From positions 1,535,950 to 1,599,949 of the forward strand of contig NW_003314295.1 in NCBI RefSeq assembly GCF_000143415.4: a stretch of DNA of 64,000 nt, read 5' to 3'. Made by a program: the position numbers and the translations under genes. The first letter of the stretch is position 1. Every line of letters starts with the position of its first letter. Positions 35,701-47,979 of the stretch are shown here, piece after piece. The DNA is from Selaginella moellendorffii. Lineage: Eukaryota; Plantae; Lycopodiophyta. Under the pieces are notes generated by a model. That model was not told the origin of the DNA and searched no databases. It saw only the letters and a program-made list of their open reading frames with translations.

Positions 35701-35837
35701 AAGTGGAGTTTGATGTCGATACCTGCAAGGACCTCGGCCTGACGAACGAGGCCGGGACGAAAGTTCTTGTCCACGGTGATTACAAGTTAAGCCTGGGAGA
35801 TATTGAGCACGTAATCAGCCTGACTCTCCTCAGCTGA
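32716..35837 (+). CDS. BXL: Beta-D-xylosidase (GH3, BXL family), secreted (spliced)
   Basis: Signal peptide; [11 protein letters not shown]; [24 protein letters not shown]; CCKHFTAYD; YIVSDCDAV; GRTYRFY. Confidence 0.95.
33141..33440. repeat. 60-bp minisatellite (5 copies) in BXL intron 1
   Basis: The unit ttcttgctcgcgattgatt.att..ttttgtttcttctttctcgcgtggagat... repeats with an exact 60-bp period. Confidence 0.92.
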
Positions 35838-36059
35838 GGTAAGTTTCTATTTTAGCTATAACCAATCGAAGCTTCGGCTGATAAGCAGGTGGCATTTATG
35901 ATAATGATCCAGAGAGTGCTCTGTCACAGTTTCGGTGCCTTAAATTTCTCAGGAACCCCGTGAGATAAGGCTCTTTTTATCACACTTCTATAAACATTCT
36001 TTCAGGTGGCGATCGAGCTCAGTGTTCTTGGATCCTTCGGTCTCGATTAAGAAAGGAAA

Positions 36060-37511
36060 ATGCCGATCGAGAGGAGCAGCAGCGGCAGCAAAGCTCATGT
36101 AGTTCTCTTCACTTTCCAAGGGAAGGGACATATCAATCCCTTCATGAATCTGGCGAAGCAGCTCGCCAAGCTTGGGGTCTCGGTGACACTGCTCTTTCCT
36201 TCGAAGTCGGCTCTCGCTATGGTCACTTCATCGGCTATTGAAGGCCTGGACATAAAGTTGGCAACTCTTCCCACTCCGGACCTCCAGCTACCAGCGACGG
36301 TCACCATGCCGGGCATTCGCAAGTCTCAGACCAACAGCGTTCACTTTGACACTTTCGAGGGCCCTCTCCGGGATTTCCTTTGGGAAATGCTAGAAGATCC
36401 TTCTACAGTTTCACCATCGGCAGTAGTAGTCGATCTTCTCTTTCCTTGGACGACATCAGTGATAGACGAGCTCCGGATTCCCAGATATGTCCTCTACACA
36501 GCCGCGGCATCACACTTGGCTATCGGTTTGCACCTCAACGCGAACAAGGAAGGTAAAAGCTTGGAGACACTGGCTATGGAGGCCGAGAAGGAAGGTGTCA
36601 TCAGAGTCCCCGGACTTCCACCGCTAAAGTGGAACGAGGTTTCCAAAGAGCACAAGGATAAGAGTGACACCTTCTTCGCCGGGGGAGAAAGCTACAGGCG
36701 GTTTCTACTCGGCTGCAAAGGGATTCTTCTCAACACTTGCTACGAGCTCGAAGGAAAGGTGATCGACGCAGTGCGAGCCGTGTATCCGGAGATCAAGCTG
36801 TTTCCGGTTGGGCCTCTCATTCCAGAACATCTGCTCGATCAGTCTCAGATCAAAGCAAACGCTGATAAGTTTCGCAAGTCGACGTTCCTCCAGAGTTCCC
36901 GCGATCTTCAGTGCGAGGCGTGGCTCAACAAGCAGGAAAAATCATCAGTGCTCTACATCAGCTTCGGGAGCTGGATCGGAATCGTGGAGAAGCAGATGTC
37001 CGAGCTAGCTTTGGCTCTCGAGTCGAGCAAAAAGGCCTTTTTATGGGTGCTCCCAGTCCCCGACCCCGAGGCCGATACCGAGAAGTTCCTGGCGAGTGTT
37101 CTTCCGAAGGGATTCCAGGAGAGGACCAGCGAGCGTGGGCTGATCATTCCGGAATGGGCGCCGCAGCATTTCATCCTCTCGCATCCAGCTGTGGGAGGAT
37201 TCCTGACACACTGCGGCTGGAATTCGGTGACCGAGAGCATATCAGTAACGGGGGTGCCGCTCTTGTGCTGGCCATTCGTCGCGGATCAGCCAGCGATTTG
37301 CCGGTTCGTGGTGGACGGCCTCCGGATCGGCGTGGACATCCGCGAGAACAGGGAGGGGATCGCCGAGAGCGGGGAAATCGAGCGCGCTGTGCGCGAGGTG
37401 ATGGAGAGCGATGATCTTCGCGAGAGAGCTCGATCGCTCAAGAACAAGGTGAGAGAGAGCTTGGATCACAGGGCCTTCCAGGTGTTTGTGGAAAGCTTGA
37501 AGAAAGAGTAG
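36060..37511 (+). CDS. UDP-glycosyltransferase (family 1)
   Basis: GHINPF N-terminal motif; PSPG box WAPQHFILSHPAVGGFLTHCGWNS...WPFVADQ. Confidence 0.96.
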   Translation: MPIERSSSGSKAHVVLFTFQGKGHINPFMNLAKQLAKLGVSVTLLFPSKSALAMVTSSAIEGLDIKLATLPTPDLQLPATVTMPGIRKSQTNSVHFDTFEGPLRDFLWEMLEDPSTVSPSAVVVDLLFPWTTSVIDELRIPRYVLYTAAASHLAIGLHLNANKEGKSLETLAMEAEKEGVIRVPGLPPLKWNEVSKEHKDKSDTFFAGGESYRRFLLGCKGILLNTCYELEGKVIDAVRAVYPEIKLFPVGPLIPEHLLDQSQIKANADKFRKSTFLQSSRDLQCEAWLNKQEKSSVLYISFGSWIGIVEKQMSELALALESSKKAFLWVLPVPDPEADTEKFLASVLPKGFQERTSERGLIIPEWAPQHFILSHPAVGGFLTHCGWNSVTESISVTGVPLLCWPFVADQPAICRFVVDGLRIGVDIRENREGIAESGEIERAVREVMESDDLRERARSLKNKVRESLDHRAFQVFVESLKKE

Positions 37512-38008
37512 CAAGCATTTAAAATTTAAAGTTTGAATTTAAACTGGAGGTTTCTTACCCTAAATATTCGCGCCAGTTTTGGCGAGATTCGAACCCCAAA
37601 TCCAAAATTTCCACGCGGGCGGCGCGCTCCACCTTACACTTCCGTACCCGTCAACGCACGTCGAGCCAATCTCATGCTTTTGGCTATGGACGCGCCTCAC
37701 AGTGTGTGTGTTTAGGGCTCGGCCAGCGCCTAGGGTTTGTGCTCGATCGGGGAAGGGGACGATGCGTACAGCGACAGCAGCGGGGGTGTCACGAGTAGCG
37801 GCGCTCGGATTATCGGCAATCGGCGGCGCCGCGGGGGCAGCGAGGAGCTCGACGAGGAGATTTGGCGGCGATTGGCTCTGGTGGTGGCGCCCGGAATGGT
37901 GGTCTGGGGGTTCTCCGCGATCGTTGTAGGGGTTCGTTAGGGTCCAAGCAAGCCAGCAACCGCTCCGCTCCCACACCTTCCAATTGATGCTGTGATTTCC
38001 ACTCCGCC

Positions 38009-40334
38009 ATGCATGGCTCTGGATCGCCCCTCGGCAGCGGTCCTGGGCGATTCGTGGAGTGGGAGGAGACGTTTGTTTCCAATGACCGTGGGAGCAGGGT
38101 CGTGCACTACTATCTCAAGGATCGCCAGGGGCAGGCGACGCTGGCGGTGGTGGGCACCGAGCGCAGCGTCCGGCATATGGTGTATGTGGTGTGCGACGAT
38201 TTTCTCCCGCTTGCTGGGCTGGACAAGAGCACCACCGCGAATTTCAAGTGGCGTGCTCGTCGTGAAGTTGTGGACTGGCTCTCCTCTTTGCTATCGAAGT
38301 CTTGTGCGTCCTCTCCTTGTCGCTCGAATTCTCACGTCTCAGGTAGCGCTTTCGTCTTTTGCTTCCTTTGTTGGTTGTTCTCTAACACGATCGCATTGTC
38401 CAGTTGAGACTGCTGCCACGGAAGACAGTCCAGATGGTGGGAAGCGTCTTCACGTAAGTTACACTAGCTCTTGCTTTGATTGCTGGGCTTTGCTCATATA
38501 GTTGTTTTACAGGACTCGAAGAAGTCCGTGACGAACGTTTTCTGGGTGGGATCGAGCTGGACTTGTCGCAAACGCTTGAAGCATTACAAGTCCTTTCGAA
38601 GGAACGGAATTACAATAGCAGTGGGTGTTATTTGATATACTTTCTGCGTTTCTTTTTGACAGGGTGCTTGCTTGTACGTAGGTGAAAAGCTTTGTTTTTG
38701 TGATGTCCGAGGAGAACGAGCACCATATTGCGTACATAGAGGACATGTACGAGGATAAAAAGCTGAGGAAGAAGCTCCGTGTTCGATGGTTTCATAAGAC
38801 CAGCGAGCTGGCTTGCAAAATCCCAGCCCCGCCACCTCATCCGCGAGAGGTGTTTTTTACTCAGTTTCCGCAAGTAATTAGTGTTGAATGTGTAGATGGT
38901 CTTGCTACAGTTCTGGCACCCGAGCACTTCGAGAAATGCCCGCTGTTTCTTCCCGATTCCCAGGAGCTCATTCACGTTTGCTCGAGGCAGTTTGACAACG
39001 ACGGGATTAAGCCGTTAAACATCTGCGGTGTGGAAGGCTACTGGGAACAAAAGGCTCTCGCAGCGCTTGGTGTTTCGTCCTCTCGGGGATCGCCGGACTT
39101 GGCTAGTGATGACGACGAAGACGAAGAGAATGGTGGTGGCCGGGGGCCGCGGTTGACAAGGTACCGTAGGAGAAGAGTTGATAAAGGGCACAGTAATAGT
39201 TCGACTCCGACGACTGATGGAGAAGGGAATGGGTTGTCAGACGTGGATCCGACGAGAGCGAGCTTCGAAGTTGGCGACAAGGTTGAGATACTCTGCCAGG
39301 ACAGTGGTGTGAGGGGGTGCTGGTTCATAGGTGTGATCGTCGGTAAGACGTCCAGGCGCGTGAGAGTTCGCTACGATGATCTCCAAGACGATGATGGCAA
39401 GGAAAATCTCGAGGTAATCCAGTTTGGTTTCTGAGCAGTAGTTTTACGCTGTTGGTTTTGTTGCTTGTTTCAGGAATGGGTGTCGACGTCTAAAGTAGCA
39501 CAGTTGGACAAGCTGAACATCCGGGCTCACAGGAGGCCTGCTCTCAGGCCTTGTCCCGCCACTGGCCCGGAAGCTGTGGCTTGCTCGTTTGGCACCCCAG
39601 TTGATGTCTGGTGGAATGACGGATGGTGGGAAGGAGTCGTGATCGGCAGGGTAACAGCAAATGAAGTTCGTGTCTACTTTCCTGGTAAGAGTTTTCTTTG
39701 TTTCCATGTCGTTTAGCTGCGGGCTGACTTCGTATCGTTTTCGTTTCTAGACGAAGGTGATGCAGAGGTTTTCAAGACATCCGATCTTCGTGTCTCGAGG
39801 GACTGGGTAAACAGCCAGTGGTGCAACGTGAAGGCCGATCCGGAGGCCGTGTCGGCCATGGGAATCGTGTGCGGCAGCAGGGACCCGCTGACGGTGTCGC
39901 AGAGTTGTAGATATCAGAATAGATATGAGGAAGGAAACATAGACCGGATGATAAGCATAGTGGAAGCAGCCGAGGAGCTACGGGAAGAGGAAGATAATGC
40001 CGACAAGTTTTTGACCAGGTGCTCGTCCGACGATTCCAGCCGCAAGAGAAAGGCCGGAGGAGGCAGCGGAGAAGAGGAAGAAGCCTGCGCTGGCGATGGT
40101 GGCGGTGGCAGCGGCGGTCTCAAGTGCAAGCACTCGAAGGAAGCTAGCGTGGAGGAGAGTGACTGCGAGCTAGACATGGAGCAGGAAGGATGGAACAACG
40201 TAAACAAGAAGCCGAGGATCGCTAGCAGCGCCGCCGCCACCAACGCTTCCATTCGCAGCCCCTCGCTCAAGAGTTCTTCCACGATGTTTGGAAGTCCACT
40301 GCCGCCAGTGGCGAGCCTGGTATTGTCGAGGTGA
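38009..40334 (+). CDS. BAH and Agenet (Tudor-like) domain chromatin protein (spliced)
   Basis: WEETFVSNDRGSRVVHYYLK; BAH (AYIEDMYED...VRWF...ISVECVDG); Agenet (VEILCQDSGVRGCWF; VDVWWNDGWWEGVV). Confidence 0.9.
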
Positions 40335-40865
40335 GTGAGTGTAGTAGTAGTGTGGAGCGATCGATTTTTAGTAGCAAGATGAAGCAGGGAGCTTCGTTTT
40401 TAATGAAGCGTTTTTTTCCTTCATAGATTCTACTCGTTCTTTTTTTCTTCGTGATTATGGTTTCTGAGAATTCTTTCTTTTTAATCATTGCCGTCGGTTG
40501 ACTGTGCACTGGATGTGGACACGTGACATTAATTAAAACTTCTAAAACATTAGAATGGTCGCGAATTTTCTTCCGGAGAGAGATATTCCAGAGCGCTCAC
40601 GAGAATCATGCTGGAGCAGCGTCTCGATCGATCGGAGCTCCATGGAGTGAATGCGTCCATCCCGCTCGATCAGGTATGGAGGAGCTAGGCAGGATCCAGT
40701 GGAAGCAGCCGTGGCGGCGGCGGTGGCGGCGAGATCTCGCCTCTCTCGTATCTGGGTTGTGCCACGGCGGCGCTAGAGCTCACGGGGGATTGATGGACGA
40801 GGAGGAGGCCAATCGAATCCGGCAGGAAGAAGACGAGGCGATGGTAATTTGATCCATGGCTGAGA

Positions 40866-42830
40866 ATGGGAGGGATTATCGGAGTCCCGGTGATCGAGTG
40901 CGTCTACTTGGCTGGCTGTGCGCACTGGGCTTGGAAGCGCTGCATTCGATCCGGAGAAGACGATAGTCGAGGTAATTCCTTGCGATCCAGGGTGATTGAT
41001 TTTCTTTCTTTGCCACTGTTATTTTCGAGAGTGATCTTTCATTCTTCTTTCGAGTGATTGATTTTCCTTCTTTCTTTGCGTCAGCTTTCATACTGTTCTT
41101 TCGAGAGTGATCTTTCATTCTTCTTTCTTTGCGATGGAGTGACTGATTTTTCTTCTTTCTTTGCGTGAGATTTCATAATGTTCGTTCGAGTTTCGAGAGT
41201 GATCTTTCATTCTTCTTTCTTTGCGTGAGATTTCATACTGTGTGATCTTTCATCTTTTCTGACAATAAGTTATAACTTCCAGGCTGGGCCGAGGCCGAGT
41301 TTGAGGATTTCAAGCCGGTTCCACACATGTGTCGTCTCGTTCTCGCGGTTTACGAGAAAGACCTCGCGAATCCACGCTGGGCTCCTCCGGGTGGCTATGG
41401 AATCAAGCTCCAGGACGTGGTGAAGAGAGTGAGCTACAAGGACACGCGCGGCAAAGCGCCACCTTATCTGATCTACTTGGATCGCGAGAACTGCGACATT
41501 GTCATGGCGATCCGGGGCTTGAATCTCGTCAAGGAGAGCGACTACGCGGTGCTACTGGACAACAAGCTGGGAAAGCAGATGTTCGAGGGTGGCTACGTCC
41601 ACCATGGATTGCTCAAGTCGGCGGCCTGGGTTCTCAACAAGGAGGTGAAGCTTCTCAAGCAGCTCGTTGTGGAGAATCCTTCGTTCACGCTCACTTGCAC
41701 GGGGCACTCGCTGGGATCCGGGGTTGCGGCTCTTCTCACGGTTTTGATCGTCAAGAACAGGAACTTGGTGGGAAACATTGCGAAGGAGAAGATCAGGTGC
41801 TATGCGATCGCTCCTGCGAGATGCATGTCGTTGAATCTGGCTGTGAGGTACGCCGACGTGATCAACTCCGTGATTCTCCAGGTAAAGGATTGAAACTTCT
41901 CTAAGTTTGTCTCTTGAAAGAAGATATACAAGTTCCATGCAGGATGATTTTCTTCCCAGGACTGCGACGCCTCTAGAGGACATGTTCAAGTCCCTCTTCT
42001 GGTGAGAGCAAGTTTAGTTCCATGTTCTCGTTTCTAAGTTCTTTCTTCGTTTTTTTTTACAAGCTTGCCGTGCTTGCTTTGCATCATTTGCGTTCGAGAC
42101 ACCTTCCTCTCGGAGGCCAAGATGCTCAAAGATCCCCGAAGGCTCTACACTCCCGGAAGAATCTATCACATAGTGGAGCGCAAAGTTTGCAGGTAGTTTT
42201 CCTCTCTTTTTCGTCTCTCGTGGTGTACTTTCTCATCTGGATCAGCGTAAACTTACCAGGTGTGGAACATATCCTCCAGTCGTGAAGACCGCGGTTCCCG
42301 TGGACGGGAGATTCGAGCGCATAGTTTTGTCCAGCAGCGCTACCTCAGATCACTCCATCGTGTGGATCCACAGAGAAGGTGCCAAGGCCTTGGAAGTACG
42401 TGAAACTCTCGATTCTTTTCTTCCAAGTGAAGCTCTTGTTTGTTCGATACAGCTGATGGAAGAAACAGCGACAATGCAATCTCCAACGCCCAACAAGATG
42501 GTCCGGCAGCACTCGATACAGGAAGAACACATGGAACAATACAAGGCCGCCATGGAACGAGCAAAAACGCTTAACATCCCCCACGCTCACGACTCTCCCT
42601 CGCAGTCCTACGGCACTTTCGACCACGTCTCCGTGGGAGACACCGACGAGAGCGACGCTGAGAACCAGGCCGAGATCTCAAGGTCGCACTCGCCATCGCC
42701 AGACGAGGAAGACGAGGAAGAAGAAGACTCAGCCGAAGTGAGCGAGGAGGAAAGCCTGGACAAGTGGAAGAAGTTCTTGCGAGAACTATTTCCAAAGGAT
42801 CGATACGAGAGACTGCTAAGCACAGGCTGA
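40866..42830 (+). CDS. Mono-/diacylglycerol lipase-like protein (Lipase3_N + class 3 lipase), spliced
   Basis: ECVYLAGCAHWAWKRC; CRLVLAVYE; GHSLG nucleophile motif; PARCMSLNLAVRYADVI; QDDFLPRT. Confidence 0.92.
41020..41260. repeat. Degenerate tandem repeat in lipase intron 1
   Basis: Recurrent (cga)gagtgatctttcattcttctttc(tttgcg) blocks. Confidence 0.65.
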
Positions 42831-43232
42831 AAGTCTTACTGCCGCGGTTCTTACTTTGATACTCTTCGCGATGGTCCTACGTTTTTGTTGTACATTGTCA
42901 CAGGACCACAACTATTTTGGAAGAACAAGCTTCCATAGCTTTCTTCTCGATCTATATCCTTCTTCCATAGCGTAAGGAAGAAGGATATAGTTTTATCATA
43001 GACTTGCGATCAGTGTGATCGCAAGGATGGTTGCTATGATCATATAGAACATGATCGCAAGGCTATGGTTTCTATAACTTATTCCTTTCGATACGTGATG
43101 TATAACACAACAATATAGATACAAAACATTGTGAGTTCGTTTTGTTATTCCACTGGCTTCTTCTTCTTCGTCATTGTCACTTGTGTGAATCGTCCTTCCT
43201 TCTTCCACCATAGCCAGCTCTCCATCGCTCGC

Positions 43233-44684
43233 TCAAGCCGTGGCAGCCACCGCCTGCTTCTCGCGCTTGGCACGCTCCAAAATCCTCCTCTCCAGCTCCG
43301 GCCGGAAGTGCCGGATCAATCCTTGCACCGGCCACGCCGCCGCATCCCCGAGCGCACAGATGGTGTGCCCCTCGATCTGCTTGGTCACCTCCTGGAGCAT
43401 ATCAATCTCCTCCAGGTACGCGTTCCCGACTTTCATCCTCTCCATGAGCGTCCACAGCCACCCCGTCCCCTCCCGGCACGGCGTGCACTGGCCGCAGCTC
43501 TCGTGCTTGTAGAAATACGAGAGCCTGGCGATGGCGTCCACCACGTCCGTCGACTTGTCCATGACGATCACCGCCGCGGTCCCCAGCCCCGACTGGACCG
43601 CCTTGAGCGCGTCAAAGTCCATGAGCACGTCGTCGCAGATCTTCTTCGGCAGCAGCGGCACCGAGGATCCCCCGGGGATGATCGCCAGCAAGTTGTCCCA
43701 GCCGCCTCTCACTCCCCCGCAGTGCCGCTCGATCAGCTCCTTGAGCGGGATGCTCATCTCCTCCTCCACCGTGCATGGCTTGTTTACGTGCCCCGACACG
43801 CAGAAGAGCTTCGTCCCCGAGTTGTTCTTCCGGCCAAAGCTCGCGAACCACTCGGGCCCCCGGCGGAGGATGGTCGGCGACACCGCCACCGTCTCGACGT
43901 TGGTGACGGTGGTCGGGCAGCCGTAGAGCCCGACGTTGGCTGGAAACGGTGGCTTGAGCCTCGGCTTCCCTTGCTTCCCCTCGAGGCTCTCGAGCAGCGC
44001 GGTCTCCTCGCCGCAGATGTAAGCTCCGGCTCCAAAGTGGACGTGGATGTCGAAGTCATAGCCGGATCCACAAGCGTTCTTGCCAATGTAGCCAGCGGCG
44101 TAGGCCTCTTTCACCGCGCGCTCCAAGTTCTTCCTCTCGTTCACGTACTCTCCACGGATGTAGATATACGCGGCTCTCGCTCGCATTCCAACGCCGGCGA
44201 TCAAGCAGCCCTCGACGAGCTTGTGTGGATCGTGCCGCATGATCTCCCTGTCCTTGCAAGTCCCCGGCTCGCTCTCGTCGGCGTTCACCACCAAGTAGGA
44301 CGGGCGTCCATCCGAGACCTTTGGCATGAAGGACCACTTGAGCCCGGATGGAAAGCCCGCCCCTCCTCGGCCTCTCAATCCAGACTTCTTCATCTCGTTC
44401 ACGATCCAGTCGGGGCCCTTGAGCACCAGGTCCTTTGTGCGGTGCCAATCGCCCCTGGCCATGGCGCCCTTGAGGAAAGGGTCGTGGATCCCGTAGAGAT
44501 TGGTGAAGATCCTGTCCTCGTCCTTGAGTCCGCCAAAGCTCGTCCTCTCTGTGGCCGGGGGCGGCGGCGGGGCTGGCTGTGGCGTCGCGGATTTGCTCGC
44601 AGCCTGGACGCTCATGAATCGGGAGCTCCCCGGGGAGAAGAGCCTGGCGCTGATGGTGGCGCGCAGAGATCTGGACGGCCTCAT
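43233..44684 (-). CDS. NDUFV1: NADH:ubiquinone oxidoreductase 51 kDa flavoprotein subunit (complex I), intronless
   Basis: [19 protein letters not shown]; [13 protein letters not shown]; [13 protein letters not shown]; [13 protein letters not shown]; mitochondrial presequence-like N-terminus. Confidence 0.98.
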   Translation of the reverse strand: MRPSRSLRATISARLFSPGSSRFMSVQAASKSATPQPAPPPPPATERTSFGGLKDEDRIFTNLYGIHDPFLKGAMARGDWHRTKDLVLKGPDWIVNEMKKSGLRGRGGAGFPSGLKWSFMPKVSDGRPSYLVVNADESEPGTCKDREIMRHDPHKLVEGCLIAGVGMRARAAYIYIRGEYVNERKNLERAVKEAYAAGYIGKNACGSGYDFDIHVHFGAGAYICGEETALLESLEGKQGKPRLKPPFPANVGLYGCPTTVTNVETVAVSPTILRRGPEWFASFGRKNNSGTKLFCVSGHVNKPCTVEEEMSIPLKELIERHCGGVRGGWDNLLAIIPGGSSVPLLPKKICDDVLMDFDALKAVQSGLGTAAVIVMDKSTDVVDAIARLSYFYKHESCGQCTPCREGTGWLWTLMERMKVGNAYLEEIDMLQEVTKQIEGHTICALGDAAAWPVQGLIRHFRPELERRILERAKREKQAVAATA

Positions 44685-44825
44685 GGTGATCCCTGCGGAG
44701 CTTACCAGCGTGGATGCGACCGCGAAGCTGGAGTTCCTCGCCTAAGCCCTACCAGATAAAATATTTTGCCCAGAAATTAGGGTTCTTGGGATAACTTGGT
44801 CCAGAAATTAGGGTTCTTGAGAGCC

Positions 44826-45922
44826 ATGGACGCCAAGCTTGGGGAGGCACTCCAGCAAGGTAAATGCCCGAATTCGCTGTAGGCTCGATTCGATTTTGCG
44901 ATTGGCAGCTCACGATCTGGCGGCGGACATGGTGAAGCAAATGGCGAACGAGCCTTCCGTGGGGCTTTACTTTGTCCAGCAGCACGTCCACAAGGCTGTC
45001 CCGGCGATTGTTTCTCTCAAGGTACTGTCCTCGCGACGAATTCTCTGCGAACTGTGGGAGCTTTTGCCAGGATCAAGTAGGCGATTGCGCTCACGACTCG
45101 GGGCTCAGCACTGAGGATGCAAAGGACGCGCTCGCTACTGTCAGAAATTTCAAAGGAGTCGGGCCTCCGGTGATTGAGAGAATGATGAAACGTCTCAACT
45201 CTTCGATCCAAGCCCTCCAACCATCCAGGTTTGAGTTCTTACTTTTTGCAAAAACATGTTTTTCAGCGATCTGTTTCAGAAAAAAAGTCTTTTTGGTCGC
45301 TAAGAAGAGAGTTGTGTTTTGCAGGAGCAAGGAATCAAGCTACTCGGTCTCGGAGATGGCTAAAAACGCTAAAAAGCTCGTCTCCTCCCCGTTCAAGTCC
45401 GAGGAGTCCCCAACAAGCAAGTCCTCCGATTCGTCCACAAACTACGCGAGAAACTTATGGGACTCGGCCGTGGATCGAGCCAGCAGCTTCACTCGGAAAC
45501 CTCCTTCTCCAATTCCAGCCTCGTCCTCTCCAACACCAGACACGCCGCCATCCCCTCCAGCTGAAGCTCCGGCAGCTTCTTCTCCATCTCCTTACGGCTA
45601 CGCTCGCTTGGTTTTGGAGTCGGCCTCTCAGCGAGTAGGCAGCATTGGATGGAGCGACTCTAGCAGCAGCAAAGAGGACAGGGACAAACCCACAGGATCC
45701 ACGGAAGAACTCAAACTTTCCAGCGACAACTCGAGTAACAAACCCGTTCGAGCAGTGCTGGACACGATTTCTACGACGAGTAAAACTCCGGAGACGGAAG
45801 GATCGGAAGCGCCAGCAGGGGAAGGAGAGATTCCTGGGAACTCGACAGAGATTCAGGAGGGGTTTGACAGGTTCCAGGCGGAGAGCGCGGCTAAACTGGC
45901 GGCTTGGCTGGATAAGCCATGA
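44826..45922 (+). CDS. BORCS8/MEF2BNB-like protein (spliced)
   Basis: MDAKLGEALQQ/AHDLAADMVKQMANEPSVGLYFVQQHV; the ANEPSVG..VQ.H signature is present; C-terminal FDRFQAESAAKLAAWL. Confidence 0.75.
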
Positions 45923-46315
45923 GTGTGAGAGAGAGCCAAGTTTCTTAAGCTCCGGCTATGGCGGTTTACACGTGGCTGCATGCACGGGTGCATGGTCGCC
46001 ATCCAAAAGCGCGGAGACAAATTCTGGAAGCCCATTTGGGAGAGAGGGGTCTGACGGAGCCAAGAAAAAAAAAAGAGAGGAGAGCTTCTCCACAGCGTCG
46101 CCGTCACTACAGCGTCATGATCTTCGTGGAGTGGTGGCCAGCGTAAAAACTATTCTTCTTCTCCAGAGGTAAGTGGTTTTCCTTTGTTTCCTTAATCTCT
46201 CGAGCTTGGATTTGATCAGAGGATCGCTTCCAGATGATTTGCTGATAAGAAGAGAGCAAAGCAAAAGGAGCTCGAAGAAGAACGAAGAAGAAGGGTGATT
46301 GATTTGGATAAGGAA

Positions 46316-46459
46316 ATGATACTCGTGGCGCTGCTGGTTCACTTGATCGGCGACTACTTCGCGACGGTGGTGAGGCTCTTGAGTGAATTGGTGAGAGAGG
46401 CTCCGCTGCCGAGCAGGATCAGGATCCTCATCCTCCGGAGGCTTCGCTCGGTGTCATAG
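46316..46459 (+). CDS. Small 47-aa protein (below the ORF-track cutoff)
   Basis: MILVALLVHLIGDYFATVVRLLSELVREAPLPSRIRILILRRLRSVS*; upstream GTAAGT donor at ~46169 suggests a 5'UTR intron; resembles a recalled conserved small plant protein (MILVA...EAP.P.R.R.LIL). Confidence 0.6.
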   Translation: MILVALLVHLIGDYFATVVRLLSELVREAPLPSRIRILILRRLRSVS

Positions 46460-46658
46460 ATCGAGCAAAGCGAGCTTTTTTACCTGGAAAATGGGGGATT
46501 GAATCGAAAAATTCTTCTTTGCTCGGTCGATCTTCTCTCGTTCTATTCCAAACTAAGAAAGAGCTCTCTCTGGATAAGTATGAAGGTCTTTAGAGTCGCG
46601 ACGCTCATCCTTAATTTGCTTTGTTCTTTCTAAAACCCTAAAACCCCGAGACGGGGGA

Positions 46659-47979
46659 ATGGTCGCGCTCTCCAGATCCGAGCTCGATTACATCGAAGGA
46701 GGCGTCAAGCACGACTTGCGATCGGATGGCCGCGGGCGCTACCACTTCCGCAATCTCTCCATCCAAGTGGGAATCATCCCCCAGGTAAGAAAGAAATCAC
46801 TCCCATTTTCTTCCTTAGCGTGAGAGTGATCTTCTTTGTCCTCTCTTTGTGTGTCTGTTGCTCTATCTCTATCGCTTTGCCACGATGGAAGCTTGCGCTA
46901 GTTCCCTCTCTCTTTAGTTTATCGATCGAAATTACACTGGTTTGATCAGGCCAATGGCTCGGCTCGCGTTCGTCTTGGAGGCACAGACTTGATTGTTAGC
47001 GTCAAGGTGATGGATGGAAAAAAGAGAAGAGAAATTTTTTTCTTAGTTTTGCTCCTTGTTCTTAGGCAGAGCTTGGATCGCCTCGCAGCTGTCGACCAAA
47101 CTATGGCAGCATTGAAGTTATGGTGGAGTGCTCGGCTACCGCTGGACCCGAGTTTGAGGTGATCGGAAGGTTCCACTACAGTGTTTTTCTAAGTTTCTTT
47201 CTCGAGCAGGGACGAGGAGGAGAGGATCTAAACATGGAGCTTTCGCGAGCTTTGCAACGCTGCTTCGTTGGTGGACCAAGCGGTGCTGGTAATCCATCCA
47301 TCTTCCAAGCTTCCAAGCCTTGAAACTTTCCTACTTTTCCTCTCTCATCTCGGCAGGAGCGGCGATCGATCTGAGCACGCTGGGAATTGTCGCGTCCAAG
47401 TTTTGCTGGGAGCTCTTCGTCGACTGCCTGGTTGTAAACTCGGATGGAAATCTTCTCGACGCTCTGTCCATCGGTGTCAAGGCAAGTGATGGAAGATCTG
47501 CAAGTGTTGTAACTCTGTTCCTCTAGGCCGCCTTGAGCAACACTGGCATTCCAAGCGTCAAAGTTACCGGAAACACGGCCTCGGAGGACGATGCGGACCT
47601 GGAAGTTGGGGACAATCCAGACGAGTTTGCTCGGCTCGACGCTTCCAAAGTGCCACTGATCATAACTCTCACCAAGGTGCGGTTCTTCTCTTCGATTTCC
47701 TTTCTCCTCTGGCTGAAACTGTGAACTTTCTCGAAGATTGGCCGGCACTACATTGTGGACGCAACTCCGGAGGAAGAGATGGGAATGTCGTCGGCTGTGT
47801 CGGTGGCTGTGAACAGCAAAGGTTTGATTCTCGGCTTGACGAAACGAGGTGACGGAGGTTTGGATCCCAGCGTTGTCACGGACATGATCTCGGTGGCCAA
47901 GCACATTGCACGGGACTTGATAGTTTTGGTTGACACGGAGATTGCTGCGGCCGAGCTAAGGGCCGCTGAGAACCAGTGA
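46659..47979 (+). CDS. RRP42: Exosome complex component RRP42 (RNase PH-like), spliced
   Basis: ELDYIEGGVKHDLRSDGRGR...IPQANGSARVRLGGTD; CWELFVDCLVVNSDGNLLDALS; YIVDATPEEE. Confidence 0.92.

Noticed and set aside
43131-44759. 542-aa + strand ORF
   Set aside because: Antisense shadow of the GC3-rich NDUFV1 gene; no recognisable motifs.
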